Positions 10,732-23,593 are shown, counted from the stretch's first letter. The stretch is DNA of 64,000 nt from Blepharisma stoltei ATCC 30299 (GCA_965603825.1 CBFDEM010000011.1:310001-374000), one strand, 5' to 3'. Notes: generated by a model from the letters alone, not told the origin. Numbers and translations: made by a program.

Positions 10732-13014
10732 TTAATTAGGAGATGTCATTAATTGTAGGGCTTTCCCTAAGAAGTCTTCAGGGGAATCTCCATCTTTATA
10801 GTGAGATAGCATCCTTAACACTTGTTTTGATTTTTCTATGCGGTCGATCCTTGGTAATGGTCTTAGTTCTTTTCCATTTCTAAAGCTCTCTTTTACTTCT
10901 TCTGCCCTTTTTATGACTTCTTCTGAAATTCCAGCCCATTTAGCACAAAAAATTCCAAAACTCCCCATAGGTTTTCCTCTTATTAATTTATAAAGAAAAA
11001 CTGGGTGATCTGAATAAGCTATTTCCATTGTGTAAAATTTCATGATTTCTGACTCAGAGATGAGGCTATGAGTGATTAATTCTTGAAAATGTGTACAAAG
11101 TAAGGTTAATGGAGGAGAATTTACTTGTAAATGTGATAGCAAAGAGCCTACTAGTGACATGCCGTCAATGGAATTTGTTCCTTTACCAAATTCATCGAGA
11201 ATTAATAAGGAACTTGGGGTTGAATTGTTTAATGCGATTGTTAGCTGAGCTATTTCTTCGGAAAATGAGCTGGAGGTTCGTGAGTCTGAGTATGCCATCC
11301 TTGAAAAAATCTGATCAACTTTTCCTATCACTGCGAATTCTGCTGGAACAAAGCTACCTATGTGGGCTAAATATACAATTAATCCTACCATTTTCATATA
11401 GACGCTTTTTCCTGAGTAGTTAGGGCCACAAATTACTGCTATTTTATGGACTGAATCTAACGCACAGTCATTAGGTATCGCATTATCAACACAAATTTCT
11501 ACTAATAAGTGCCTTCCGTTTACAATTTGGATTCCAGGCTCTTCTTGCAGCTGAGGTCTTGTCAAGTTTAAAGTTTCAGCTGCCAAAACCAGTGATAGAA
11601 GTGCATCTAAATCGCCTAAAAGTCTTGAAACATAGCACAACTCATTCCCTCTTTTCAAAATTTCAGTCTCTAAATCTCTTAAAATAGCGTTTTCAGTATC
11701 ATTTATTGATTTTTTTAAGTCACCAAATCTGTCATCTAATGATTTTGTTTTGTCATTTTTAAAATAGATTGCATCATCAGCTGCAAATTGATACTCGTAG
11801 CCTATTTTTTCAAATAATGAATGATCACTTTTATCGGAGCCAACAGAGCTAGGAGTTAAACCTATGCGGCCTCGATAGGAGATTTCAATATGATAGCCAA
11901 GCTGTGGGAAATGCATAACACTTAAGGAGGCAAACTCGATGCCGCATTTTTTTAAATTTAGTTTTTCTACATTTGATAGCTGAATTAAAAAATTGTCAAG
12001 GTCTATTGCGCTTCTTTTCAGGTAATCCAGCTCTGCACTGACACCTGAAAGGATTTGTGGCTTACCATGATCTTTATTAGAAAAATCTAAACAATTCTGG
12101 AGATATGTTAAAAGCTCAATAAAAAGATCAATTTGTGTATTTATAAGAGGTAAAAACATAAGGGGCAGCACTTCAAATTTTTTCAATATTTCAACAATCC
12201 TGAGAAGCGCGGAGGAAGTTTCAATGACTTTTAGCCAGTCATTTGTAGTTGTTCTAACCTCATAAAATCTTTTAACACAAATTTCTAAATCGCTTACATT
12301 TTTTAGCTCGTGCAGTATCTCTTGCAAAATTCCTGGATTTTTCATAAAAAATTCTATTGCTTCTAATCTTGCATTAATTTCAGAAATTTCACCTAATGGT
12401 CTTAGCAGCCATTGTCTTAGCTTTTTCCTTCCTTGGGTTGTACAAGTATTATCAAACAGCCCAAAAATTGATAGCCCTTCTTTTGATCTCCCAGCATTAT
12501 TTATTTTTGATGGATGAGAATCTTCTTGTATGATCTGTAAAGCCTTTAAAGTCTGAAAATCGCAATGAAGGCCAGATATTTTGATTTGGTATACTTTTTG
12601 GATTGAAAATGATGAGAAATTTGAAGAGTTGGTGAGGTATGATATTAAGGCTCCTATAGAACTGATCATAGCGTTGCAAGAGAAATTAAGGCTGGTTGTA
12701 GCTTTAAACTCATCACCTTGGAAGCACTGTTGGGTTGTAAGCTGTTTAGCTTTGTTATAATCAAACTCTGACTTTGGCATGTATGTTGTGTTGAAGTTTT
12801 CGAGTATTTCTTTTAGCTGCTCAGGCGCTGTGTTAGAAGCTATGATGTATGAAGGCTCGATTTCTATGAAAATTGGAGAAAGAAAAGAAAAATCTGTGAC
12901 TGTTACCCAAATTTCGCTGACTTCAAGGTGCCCTGTTGATTCATCAAATTTTGCAATACCGAGTTTAGGATATTGAGTAAAAACGGAAAGATAAATCGAG
13001 CTTGTTTCTGACAT
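10732..13014 (-). CDS. MSH5: MutS homolog 5 (meiotic crossover factor)
   Basis: HPS...SKEGLSIFGL, GPNYSGKS Walker A, LILDEFGKGT, CTHFQE; lacks mismatch-recognition domain I. Confidence 0.88.
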   Translation of the reverse strand: MSETSSIYLSVFTQYPKLGIAKFDESTGHLEVSEIWVTVTDFSFLSPIFIEIEPSYIIASNTAPEQLKEILENFNTTYMPKSEFDYNKAKQLTTQQCFQGDEFKATTSLNFSCNAMISSIGALISYLTNSSNFSSFSIQKVYQIKISGLHCDFQTLKALQIIQEDSHPSKINNAGRSKEGLSIFGLFDNTCTTQGRKKLRQWLLRPLGEISEINARLEAIEFFMKNPGILQEILHELKNVSDLEICVKRFYEVRTTTNDWLKVIETSSALLRIVEILKKFEVLPLMFLPLINTQIDLFIELLTYLQNCLDFSNKDHGKPQILSGVSAELDYLKRSAIDLDNFLIQLSNVEKLNLKKCGIEFASLSVMHFPQLGYHIEISYRGRIGLTPSSVGSDKSDHSLFEKIGYEYQFAADDAIYFKNDKTKSLDDRFGDLKKSINDTENAILRDLETEILKRGNELCYVSRLLGDLDALLSLVLAAETLNLTRPQLQEEPGIQIVNGRHLLVEICVDNAIPNDCALDSVHKIAVICGPNYSGKSVYMKMVGLIVYLAHIGSFVPAEFAVIGKVDQIFSRMAYSDSRTSSSFSEEIAQLTIALNNSTPSSLLILDEFGKGTNSIDGMSLVGSLLSHLQVNSPPLTLLCTHFQELITHSLISESEIMKFYTMEIAYSDHPVFLYKLIRGKPMGSFGIFCAKWAGISEEVIKRAEEVKESFRNGKELRPLPRIDRIEKSKQVLRMLSHYKDGDSPEDFLGKALQLMTSPN

Positions 13015-13381
13015 GTAATTTCTAAATTTAAAATAATTTCCCTCTTTATTGATAAACACCTCCTAGGTTACTTATGCCACCATTATCTTTATACAGCGAA
13101 ACTTAAGCTTAAAAATTAATAAACATTACGTAGGAAATGCTACTAGCTTAGTTAAAAGTATTCTTTTTAATTTGCATAAGTCTAAAATATATATTATGCA
13201 GTATCGCATTTCAATAAATATTTTCAAATTAAACTTTCAAATATTCCTTGAAACTTACACTGTGCTCAGCGATAAAATCATTTGGAAAGAATATCATTTT
13301 ATAAGCTAAGAGACAAAATTTTTGCAAGGATTGGAAATAAAGCTGTTGGAGAAATTATTACTAATTCGCAAATAAAACACA

Positions 13382-14659
13382 ATGGGAAATGGTTGCTGCA
13401 GGAATTCTGACGTCCAAATTTTTGAAAATCCAAACACAAGTGTTATAAAACTTAAAAAAATAGAAAACGACACCCCAGAAAAAGTCTATACTATGATTCA
13501 AGATAATTACCTCTCAATCCCTAATACATTCAACTCAGACAAATTTTCTGCGATCAAAGACATCGGTGTTTCTGGGCTAGAAAATCTTGGAAATACCTGC
13601 TATATTAACTCAGTTCTTCAAGTTTTATTTAACTGCCAGCCATTGATGGATTATTTTCTTTCTGGAATCCATAAGCAAGATTTAAACGTTTTAAATCCAC
13701 ATGGAAGCCGAGGAGAAGTTGCTATGGCATTTGGAGAACTTGCTGAAGCTTATTGGCAGAAATCATATGATTTGTTAGTGCCAAAATTATTAGTTAACCT
13801 GATTTCTGGAGAAAGTAATATACCCAATGACGATGCATATCAGCTTTTGAAAGTTTTGCTGCATTTAATACATGAAGATTTAAATAGAGCTGATAGAACT
13901 CCTTTAATAAGACCTTTAAAATCAAGTGAAGCACAAGAAATTAAAGCTGCAAAGTCATGGCAGAATGAACTAATAAAAAATTCTTCTATAATTATTGACT
14001 TATTTCAAGGACAATTAAGATCAACTTTGACTTGCACAGAATGCAATTTTAGTGCTCAAACCTTTGAAATATTTTTTTCTTTAAGTTTAGATATGCCAAA
14101 CAAAGATAGACCAGCAACAATTGATGAGTGCTTCCAACTATTTACAAACCCTAAAAATTCTGAGAGATCTTGATTATGTCCAAAGTGTAACTACGGAGTA
14201 AAAGCAATAAAGAAAATAGATATATGGAAAGTTCCTCCAATCTTGATATTTCAATTGAAAACGAAAAAAATGAGAACAATAAATAATCCTTTGAAGCAAG
14301 CTTTATTTGTGACTGGAAGCAATAAAATTGACATTGCTCAATGAGTATCTGCACTGCAAAAAGAAAATCCAAGATATGAGTTGTTCGCAAAAATAAACTG
14401 TGAATCCTCTGTAAATAGCACGCATTATACAGCTACAGTAAAGCATAAAAACAGCCATTCTTGACAATTATTTGACGATGAAAATGTTTATCATGTAGAA
14501 GGTGAGCCTCCAATAGATAAAGACTCTTATATTTTATTTTATCAAAGAGTTGGAGGGAAATATTATAGGCAATCTAAAAATATGCCTGAGTATTGGCCTC
14601 ATTTAATTGCGAATTATATCAAAAGAACTTTAGGAGTATCTCATAAACCAGAAATGTAA
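13382..14659 (+). CDS. Ubiquitin-specific protease (C19), N-terminal MGNGCC; several TGA=Trp
   Basis: GLENLGNTCYINSVLQ Cys box; (W)LCPKC; HYTA...S(W)QLFDD His box; YILFY; frame continues past TGA 14171 to TAA 14657-14659. Confidence 0.9.
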
Positions 14660-14726
14660 TATAACGACATAAATGTAAATATTATAGCAAATTGGCTCTT
14701 TAAAAAATACTTATTTAATTATACAA

Positions 14727-17219
14727 CTATGGCAAATATGGTGATAGTAATTTTTTCTTCATAGTTTTATTTTTCTTTTTCTGTATCTTTTTACTGTTAT
14801 CAGAAGCTGCTTCTTTTTCTAAATTATAGCTTGGCTTAAATATTATAGAATCTTTCAATTCAGGTATTGCTGGCTGTGCTTGGAATACCTTTGCTAAAGT
14901 GTGATGGTAGTTATCGCCTTTTAATCCGTAGACATTATTAGGATTAAAAGGAACTAAATATATAAGGTTTCCATTTGAGTCATAAAGTTTGTCAGAATCA
15001 TAATCAGCATCTGGATTTTCTCAGTTATATTGAATTCCTTTGGAGCTTTCTCTTGAATTTTTTATGCTTAGCTCTAAGGTTGAGCAGGATTCCTCCCGCA
15101 TTTGTCTCGGATTCCCATTTTCGCCTGTTTTCGCTCTATTGGTAATTTTCATATAGTTATTGCTTGTGTATTGAGATACTGATTTTTGACTCCCTGAATT
15201 TTTAACATTTTGTCCTCATTTTGGGTCTAATTTCAAGCCATCATCTTCACTAATACTCCCTGCATGAGATAATTCCACCATTTCTTCAGATCGGTTATAA
15301 TTATTATTTGCCTCATTATATGCAGTTTCCTGATACTCTTGCATATCTCTTTTTGAATATTTCTTCATTACAGGAGTAGAATTAGGCTTTAAGCTTGCCT
15401 GATTTTCTTCTACTTTGCTTAAATATGAATTTTTGGATTGGTGCTTTGATATAATTTGACTAACCCCAGTCGTTTGAGAACAGTTTGTGTCCATGCTCAA
15501 TCTTGATACGGCTCTTGTATTAAAATCAAGGGTTGTCCTTGAGTCTGAGTTATTAAAATTCTTTTGAGCTTGCTCCTCTGTGTCGATTTGGGAGATATTT
15601 TCGTTAATGAATTCGTACTCAGGCTGAGGAATAATGATAGATTTAGAGCTTTCTCCTGTTATGTTGTTTTTTGAAGTGTGCTGAGAACTCAGCAGACTTT
15701 TGGAATTTTCTGAAGGCAATTTTTCGAGCAGCATTTTAAGCTGGGATCCTTTGGATTCTTGAGCGCCCTTCATTTCTAGCTCTTTTATTTTTTTTCGGCT
15801 TTGCTTTAAGAGCTTTTCATACTCTTCTGTTTTTTGTACTAGTCTTCCGATTCTGTCAAATTGATTGTCAATCTTTAGCTCTAAATCTTTGCTTTCTGCA
15901 GTTTTTTTATTTAGTTCTAAATTTCTTGCTTCGTGCTCTGCTACAATCCTTTCCTTATCCTTTTCTATATCTTTAATCTGCTCCATCAGTACCTCAATTT
16001 CTCGTTTTGCTTTATACAAAGCATTAGTTACGCTTTCTTTTTCGTTGTTTATCTCTTTCGCTAAATTTTCCATATGTGAAAGCTGCTCTGTGCTTTTGCT
16101 ATGCTCTTGTGATAACTCTTGAAATTGCTTTTCGAGCTCCTCAATTCTGCTAATAGCTTTCTCATGCTGAATAGGCTCGATATAAATTTCTCCAGTTTGT
16201 GCAGAATTTTCTATCTTTACTTGCTTGGATTCAAATATTTTCAGAACTCTTTGGGCTGTATTTCTCTGTAAGGTTTTAAAATTTTTCATTAAACTTTTTT
16301 CAATTTCTTCAGGCTTTAAAAGGACGTTCTCATACGTTTGTAAAGGAGGGATTTCTCTTTCTTTAGCCATATCATTGTATATTTCATGAAGTGCTTCTGT
16401 TGTGGCACCACTTTTTATACTGTAAAGCTTATTTGCTTTTTGTCGAAAATTTTGATACTCGCCGTCATCTTCTCCAAAAATTTCATTGATTTCTCTTTTG
16501 ATTTTTTCTTCTTCTAGCTTTGAATATTTTATTTTTTCTTCAGAAACCCCTTCGAATTTCAGAACCTTTTCTTCTAATTCGCTAATTGTTTTCTCGAGTT
16601 TTGTTTTTTGTTCTTTAAATAGGAATTTTTGATTTTTAAACTCATTTGAAATTTCTGAAAATAATGTTATAACATAATCATTTATTTTTGAGCAAGCTTT
16701 AGCTGCTTCTGCAGACTGGAGCTTTATCAAAGGTACAATTTCGTTATAGCATTGAAACCAGCCATAAAATTCTTCGCTAAGGCTATCAAAATCCCTTTTC
16801 GATGCTATTTTTTGTGCTTTTTTAATTTCGTAATTTTCAATTCTTTCCATCATTTCTCATTTCGAATGCTTTCCAATAGCTTTTAAGGATGAGTTTATAA
16901 GTACTTTTGATGATGGAGTATCGTTTGGAATTATGACGGATTTTGATACTAAGTCTGGAGAAGGAGAAGTTGGGGAATATGGCTCAAAACTCTTTTGGAT
17001 ATTGAAAAATTTGTGAGCGATACTTGGTTCTTTAGATATAAAGGCTTTATCGTTGAAATATGTGTAAAGATTTAGTTCAGATGTTTTATCATAAGGAGAT
17101 ACTCTTGACGGATTATCAGAAGTATCTCGTAGACGGTGAGAAATTGGAGGTAAAGACTTTTTAGTGCGGTGACTCCGACCATGAGTTTTTGAATCAATTG
17201 ATCCGTGTCGTTTGCTCAT
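14727..17219 (-). CDS. Large coiled-coil protein (830 aa), unknown function; three TGA=Trp
   Basis: ORFs 16857..17219 and 15216..16853 join through TGA and continue to TAG at 14727-14729. Confidence 0.75.
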
Positions 17220-17689
17220 ATTTGGTATTAATTTATTGAAATAAATATAGTGAAGGGTGAAGAATAAAGATAAAGGGGTAAAGACCTTACAAGCAATATT
17301 TGCTTGCAGGATATATGCAGCAGTTTATCATCCTTATTAGAAATAATCGAGCTAGAAGCTTGTTTGGGATTTTTTAGAGCCAAAAACATAAAAGGAAGAT
17401 TAAAAAGCTTTATCTGATTCAATAAATTTGCTATTATCCGCATGCGATCTCTCCTAAATCTTACTACGCTCTAGATATAACATAAAAAATAATTAAAATA
17501 CCTCAGTTTTTGATTATTTTGCTTTTTATTTATAAATACTTTAATGTTTAAACTCCCAATTTCAGCAGATGATAAAAAGCATTTGCCCTTCACTTCCCCA
17601 AATTTATCCATTAAAACCTTAAAAATTGTTTAACTTTTTGCTTTAAATGACTTAAGATTCATATTCAAGTCGAAGTCCATAATTAATCT

Positions 17690-18076
17690 ATGGCTGCAGT
17701 ATCAAGAACATCATTATCAAAAGCTGAACATGATGAACTTTCTTGCGTTTTTGCAGCTTTAATTCTCCATGATGATGGATTAGAAATCACAGTACCAGTT
17801 ATTTAGGCTGACAAACTATCTAAAATCCTCACAACATCTGGAAACCAAGTAGAAAAATATTGGCCTACTCTTTTTGCAAATGCTTTAAAGGGACAAGACC
17901 TTGCAAGACTCTTAAGCAACTTGGGAGCTGGTGGAAGCGCACCTGCTGGATCAGCTGCTCAAGCTGGAACTACAGCTGCTACAGAACAACCTAAACAAGA
18001 GGAAAAGAAAGAAGAGCCTGCTGAAGAAGAAGTCGTAGAAGGAGCTATGGATCTTTTTGGAGGTGATGAATGGTAA
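17690..18076 (+). CDS. RPLP1: 60S acidic ribosomal protein P1; 15-nt intron 17792-17806; not in ORF track
   Basis: ELSCVFAALILHDDGLEIT^ADKLSKIL..VEKYWPTLFANAL, Ala/Gly hinge, acidic tail AMDLFGGDEW. Confidence 0.95.
17792..17806 (+). other. 15-nt spliceosomal intron (RPLP1)
   Basis: gtaccagttatttag; restores conserved EIT-ADK. Confidence 0.93.
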
Positions 18077-18472
18077 TTTCATTAAATTGGACCTTTCATT
18101 TATAGTGCTTTTGATTAAAGTTAGGTTTTAGTGAATTTCTTATCAATTTTTTAATAGCTGCCTAGGATGTGAAGAAGAATCGTGATTTAGATAAGATTCT
18201 GTGGTAATTTGCTAAAAAAAGGATTATTGTTGGAACATGTTTAAAATTTGCATAGATGCTTGGTTTCTTATATAGATATATTAGTAATTGTTAAGCATTA
18301 TAAGTTACATTTTCTTTATATTAGCAAAATTTTTACTTTAGCTTGGATAATCAATAGGCTAAGCTAATTTTCATTTTTTGTATCATACATTCTTAATGAA
18401 CTAAGTCTTCATTCATATTTCATTTCTCTTTACCGAATTTCTTTTACAGTTCCTTAAAATTCATATATAATA

Positions 18473-20068
18473 ATGAAAAAACTAATATTTTTCGTCTCTG
18501 CTTCAGCAGCAATAATACCCTTTTTTTACGATAACTCAAGTCCCAAAACACCAAGACAACTGAACGGCCTGCCAGACAGCTCATTTTCTACAGACGAAAT
18601 ACGCAATGGTGGTGAGCTTCTTTATATAGTCGGCATCTTCTATACCTTATTTGGAATCCGAGAAGTCTGCTCTAGCTATTTTATGCCCATTATTGACTAC
18701 ATTGTAAATAAATACTCTATTTCCCCTGATGTCGCTGGTGCAACTTTGATGGCCTTAGGGAACTCTGCCCCTGAAATCTTTATCTGTTTCATGAGTACGT
18801 TTATTACGAATGGTACAATCGGATTTTCAACTATTATAGGCTCTGGAGCATTCAATGCAATACTTCTAGTCGGAATCTGCGCTATGAGTGCAAAATCAGT
18901 TTTCGAGCTCCAGTGGTGACAAGTGGTGAGGGATTTTATGTTTAATATCGTCTTATTAAGTCTTTTGTTGTTATTCTGAAGCAACTTGTTTATTGACTGA
19001 TATGAGGGGATAGTGCTTATTCTTGTGTATTTACTTTATGCGTACTTTATGAAGTATAATGGGCCGATTGAGAGATTTGTAAAAAAAAATTTAAATTTGC
19101 CGTATGAAGGAGATGAAGTTGACTTTAAGCCGCTTCCTGAAAAAGCGTTTATAGTGAGAAGGGATTCAGTTTCTGACCTTGAAGCGTATATACCTCAAGA
19201 GCTCAATTTCAATAGAGGAATCCTAGCAAAAATGAAAAAAAATGCCGAGCTTCAAATAGTCAAAAATGACTCAGCAGAAAACACAGAAATTAGAACTAGA
19301 TTTAAATATAGTGTCTATTTGATTTTAAGAGCCATCGAAGAGAAGAAAAAATGCTCAAAACGGTTAAGAGAGCAAAGAGGGTTGATATATCCTTACAAAC
19401 ACGAAGTTTTTAATAGAGAAGAAAGTATGGAAGGAATGGCAAAAATTAGAAAGCTACAAACGATTGAAGAGAAAAAAGAAATTTTTTCTGAAGTCAGAGC
19501 TTCACGATCATTATTAAAGAGAGTTTTGATATGACTGATGTTGCCACTTAAACTTTGCCTTAGATTATCTATTCCAAACATAAGCAATCATCCAAAGCTG
19601 TGGCTTATTTCTATGATGATGTCGCTAACTTGGATTGGAGGTCTTAGTTTTTTACTAGTTTGATGGACAACTGATGTAGGAGTTGCTCTTGGGATTCCCG
19701 AAAGTGTGCTTGGGATTATTATTTTAGCAATGGGAGTATCAATACCAGATCTCTTGAACTCTCTCAAAGTCACTATAGAGGGTCATGGAGATATGGCACT
19801 ATCTGGATGTATAGGGTCTAACATCCTAAACATAGGGATAGGAATAGGAGTTCCATGCTTCTTCGAAGCTGTGATAAATGAACCTATTAATATCCCAGTT
19901 GATTTATACATGGCTGAATACCTCATGATGAGCATATTTGGGACTTCTTATATATTTCTAGCCGGCTTCAAATTTCAATTATCACAGCACTTTGGAATTG
20001 TAATGTTCTTTTTTTATGCTACTTTCTTGACCTTATTTCTAGTGTTTGAATTTTTGAAAATACATTAA
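18473..20068 (+). CDS. K+-dependent Na+/Ca2+ exchanger (NCKX/SLC24-like), single gene with five TGA=Trp
   Basis: alpha-1 repeat DVAGATLMALGNSAPE..IIGSGAFN; alpha-2 repeat LAMGVSIPD..GDMALSGCIGSNILN; ID(W)YE and LV(W)W at conserved Trp sites. Confidence 0.9.
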
Positions 20069-20600
20069 GTTTTAATCAGAATTGTTAAAATAATTTTAAA
20101 TTGGGTTAGAATAAGCCAGAAAATCTATTAATATAATTTATTATTAAAAATATTTTTACGATTTTTATAGTGTTTATAAAGAGATATTGTATTTTTCAAT
20201 GTGAAAGTGAGGGTATTAAATGAAGATGGTTGCAGTATAGAAATGGCATCCATATTATTATATGATCGTAAATATGAAACTTCCCAAAATGTAACAGTTT
20301 GTTTCATAATAATCCAAATATTTATTCTTATCAGACCAGCTTAGCACTTTTCAAGAGGATTAAATAATAATTAATTTTAATGTTAAATTAAATATACCAA
20401 TCTAAAATCTTAGATATTTAAATTAGCTCAAAGGAAAATAATTTTAATATATAAATTAACTGTCTTAGGACGTTTGAATCAAATCACCCAAATGCCGAAT
20501 CATTCAAAATTATAGTAGTTTTTTATTTTAAAAAAATAAAAATTTCTGAGCCGTTTCATTGATATCTTCGGTATCTCGGTATGATATAATTCAAGTAAAT

Positions 20601-21773
20601 ATGAATACTAAAAAATCCTTAGCTCGTGGATTACCTACAAATAAACCTTATAGATCTACATCAACAGAACTTACCACCTTTCCAGATATTGATAAAAACC
20701 GATTTTCAACACCTTTTCTTACCAGGAACTTGACACACAAAAAGCTATCCTTGTGCAGTAATAAATTAAACACTCAAACAGTCGCCAAATTCAGCCATTT
20801 AGCCCAGCAGGTATTAAATAGCACTCCACAAACACCAAAAGAATACTACCAGATCCTGAAGCCATCTTCAATTTCAAGATTTTCATGTGGAAAAGTTTTG
20901 GCTTATGCAGGAAATACAAATAAAGGACTGATTAGAAAAAAAAATGAAGACCGGATCATGATTATTTCAAGTGTAAATAAGCCTCATAATAAGGTTTTTG
21001 AAGACAACTGGCCAAATTGCTCCTATTTTGGTCTTTTTGATGGCCATGGAGGAAATGGCTGCTCGAATTTTTTACGTGATAATCTTCATCAATTCATCAT
21101 AGAAAGCCATCATTTTCCGCTTGCCCCGCATAAAGCTATAAATGAAGCTTTAGCAAGAGCTGAAAGCGAATTTATGAAAATTTCTAAAGAAACAAATGAT
21201 AAATCTGGATCATGCGCTGTCATTGCTCTAATTGTCGGGCAGTTTTGCTTTATTGCAAATGTTGGTGATTCAAGAGCGCTAATGAGCGGAATGTCAGGAA
21301 AGCATGTTTATTCTCTTACTACAGACCATAAGCCAGCTGAACCTCAAGAGCAAGCCAGAATTTTTCAAGCTGGAGGCTTAGTTTACTCGACAACTGCATT
21401 AAATAAGTCAAAAATTTACCGTGTTTTGCCTGGTAGACTTTCAGTAAGCCGAACTATTGGAGATATCGAAGCAAAAAACTTCGAGATGGGTGGAAACCCT
21501 GGTGTTGTAATTTCAACGCCTGAAATTAGAAAATTTGAGATAAAGCCTGAGTATGATTTTATTATGCTTGGAAGTGATGGCATTTTTGACACATTGACAA
21601 ATAGAGATGTCGTTGACAAAGCATGGGAAAGCATCGATGGCTTAAATGATGAAAATGTTCCCAGTAAATGTGCTAGAGCTGCTGAAGGAATTATCCTTGA
21701 GAGTTTTAAAAGACAAACAAGAGACAATGTCTCTACTGTTATTATTGCTCTTAGGAATTTAAACAAAAGTTAA
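20601..21773 (+). CDS. Protein phosphatase 2C (PPM family), paralog A
   Basis: NEDR, FDGHGG, SGSCA, NVGDSR, DHKP, LSVSRTIGD, GSDGIFD, DN motifs. Confidence 0.95.
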   Translation: MNTKKSLARGLPTNKPYRSTSTELTTFPDIDKNRFSTPFLTRNLTHKKLSLCSNKLNTQTVAKFSHLAQQVLNSTPQTPKEYYQILKPSSISRFSCGKVLAYAGNTNKGLIRKKNEDRIMIISSVNKPHNKVFEDNWPNCSYFGLFDGHGGNGCSNFLRDNLHQFIIESHHFPLAPHKAINEALARAESEFMKISKETNDKSGSCAVIALIVGQFCFIANVGDSRALMSGMSGKHVYSLTTDHKPAEPQEQARIFQAGGLVYSTTALNKSKIYRVLPGRLSVSRTIGDIEAKNFEMGGNPGVVISTPEIRKFEIKPEYDFIMLGSDGIFDTLTNRDVVDKAWESIDGLNDENVPSKCARAAEGIILESFKRQTRDNVSTVIIALRNLNKS

Positions 21774-22420
21774 TTGTAAAATAATACTATAACTATAAGA
21801 GCTTTATATATATTAAGAAATGGTAATTTCCTTTACCTAACCCAATGAAGGGAATTCCTGATTTTTTGAGGGTTAGACAAAACAAAGAGCCATTACTGGC
21901 ACTGGTGACTGAAATAGAGTCATGCATGGGCTGGAGGTCAAGGAAGCTCTAATGGTCGAACAGCTGTCAAATCATTGCTCGGAGGTCGCTCTCATATCTA
22001 GGGCTACAAGAAAGATCAGGATTGAAGTAAAAGAAGAGCAATCTTATCACTAAAAACTCCAACCAATATTTTCGTATTTGAAATGCTACCAATCTTAGCG
22101 GCTAAAATAAATGGCATAGCTTATAATAAATGAACCCAAGCAAGAATTAACATTTTCGATCAATAATCTTTTAAATAGCGAGCTCTTTATTAAATAATGA
22201 TAAGCTCAATATTCGCCTTTCCATTTGGATAGCATAAAATACTTTTAGGCATCTATCTTAATTTTGAGGTCAAATTTTCTTACCACAAAGCAGTTCCCAT
22301 AATAAGACTGAACATAAAATCACTAATTATATATTACTTAGCGAAGGCAAATCAATCAAATTTAAAAATCTGTCAGGTTTATTTTTCTCCTTGCTTAAAA
22401 ATGAAACAATTTACTTATTA

Positions 22421-23593
22421 ATGAAAAGCAAAAAATTATTGGCAGCTGGGACGTCTTCACGTCAGCAGTATAGATCTTCATCTACAGATCTTACTCCTCT
22501 TCCTGGGATAGAAAAATGTGGTCATTCTACACCAGCTTGCTTAAGAAACTTATCACAAAAAAGGTTAAGCCCAAATAATGGTAAAACCAGCACAAAATCG
22601 ACAGTCAAATTTAGTTTTTTGGCTCAGGAAGTATTAAATAATTCATTAGAAATTCCAAAAGAGTGCCCTAAAACTCTCAAGCCATCTTCAATATCCAGGG
22701 CTTCATGTGGAAAAGTCCTAGCATATGCCGCAAATACTGATAAGGGGTTAAGGAGGAAGAAAAATGAAGACAGGATTATGATTATTGCAAGCTTTAGTGA
22801 GCCTCAAAATAAAATGCATGAAGCGGCTTGGCCAAACTGTTCATATTTTGGAATCTTTGATGGACATGGAGGAGATGGCTGCTCTAGCTTCTTGCGAGAT
22901 AAGTTGCATCAGTTTATCATAGAAAGCCATTTTTTCCCTTCCTTTCCTCACAAAGCGATAAAAGAAGCTTTGGAGAAAGCAGAAAATGAATTTATGAAAA
23001 TTTCCAAAGAAACAAACGATAAATCAGGATCGTGTGCAGTAATTGCTCTAATTGTTGGTCAAGTTTGCTATATTGCAAATATTGGTGACTCAAGAGCACT
23101 AATGAGTGGATTGTCTGGTAAGCATGTTTACTCCCTTACTACAGATCATAAGCCAGCTGACCCTCAAGAGCAAACCAGGATTTTTCAGGCTGGAGGCTTA
23201 GTTTACTCGACAACTTCATGAAACAGGTCCAAAGTTTATCGAGTTTTGCCTGGCAAACTTTCAGTAAGCCGAACTATTGGAGATGCTGATGCAAAAAATA
23301 TTGAAATGGGAGGAAATCCTTCTGTTGTGATTTCAACACCTGAAATAAGAAAATTTGAGATAAAGCCTGAATATGATTTTATTATGCTTGGAAGTGACGG
23401 CATTTTTGACACAATGACAAATAGAGATGTCGTTGACAAAGCATGGGAAAGTATCGATGGCTTAAATGGTGAATTAACACAAACGAAATGTGCAAAAGCT
23501 GTTGAGGGAGTTATTCTTGAGAGCTTTAAAAGGCAAACCAGAGATAATGTCTCTGCTGTTATCATAGCCCTTAGAACCTTAATTCAAAACTAA
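22421..23593 (+). CDS. Protein phosphatase 2C, tandem paralog B; one TGA=Trp at 23219-23221
   Basis: Colinear with paralog A; TGA aligns to TTA (Leu) of paralog A and the frame is preserved. Confidence 0.93.

Noticed and set aside
17228-17443. 71-aa minus-strand ORF upstream of the large coiled-coil gene
   Set aside because: No recognisable motif, lies in a divergent promoter region, and no intron links it to the downstream gene.
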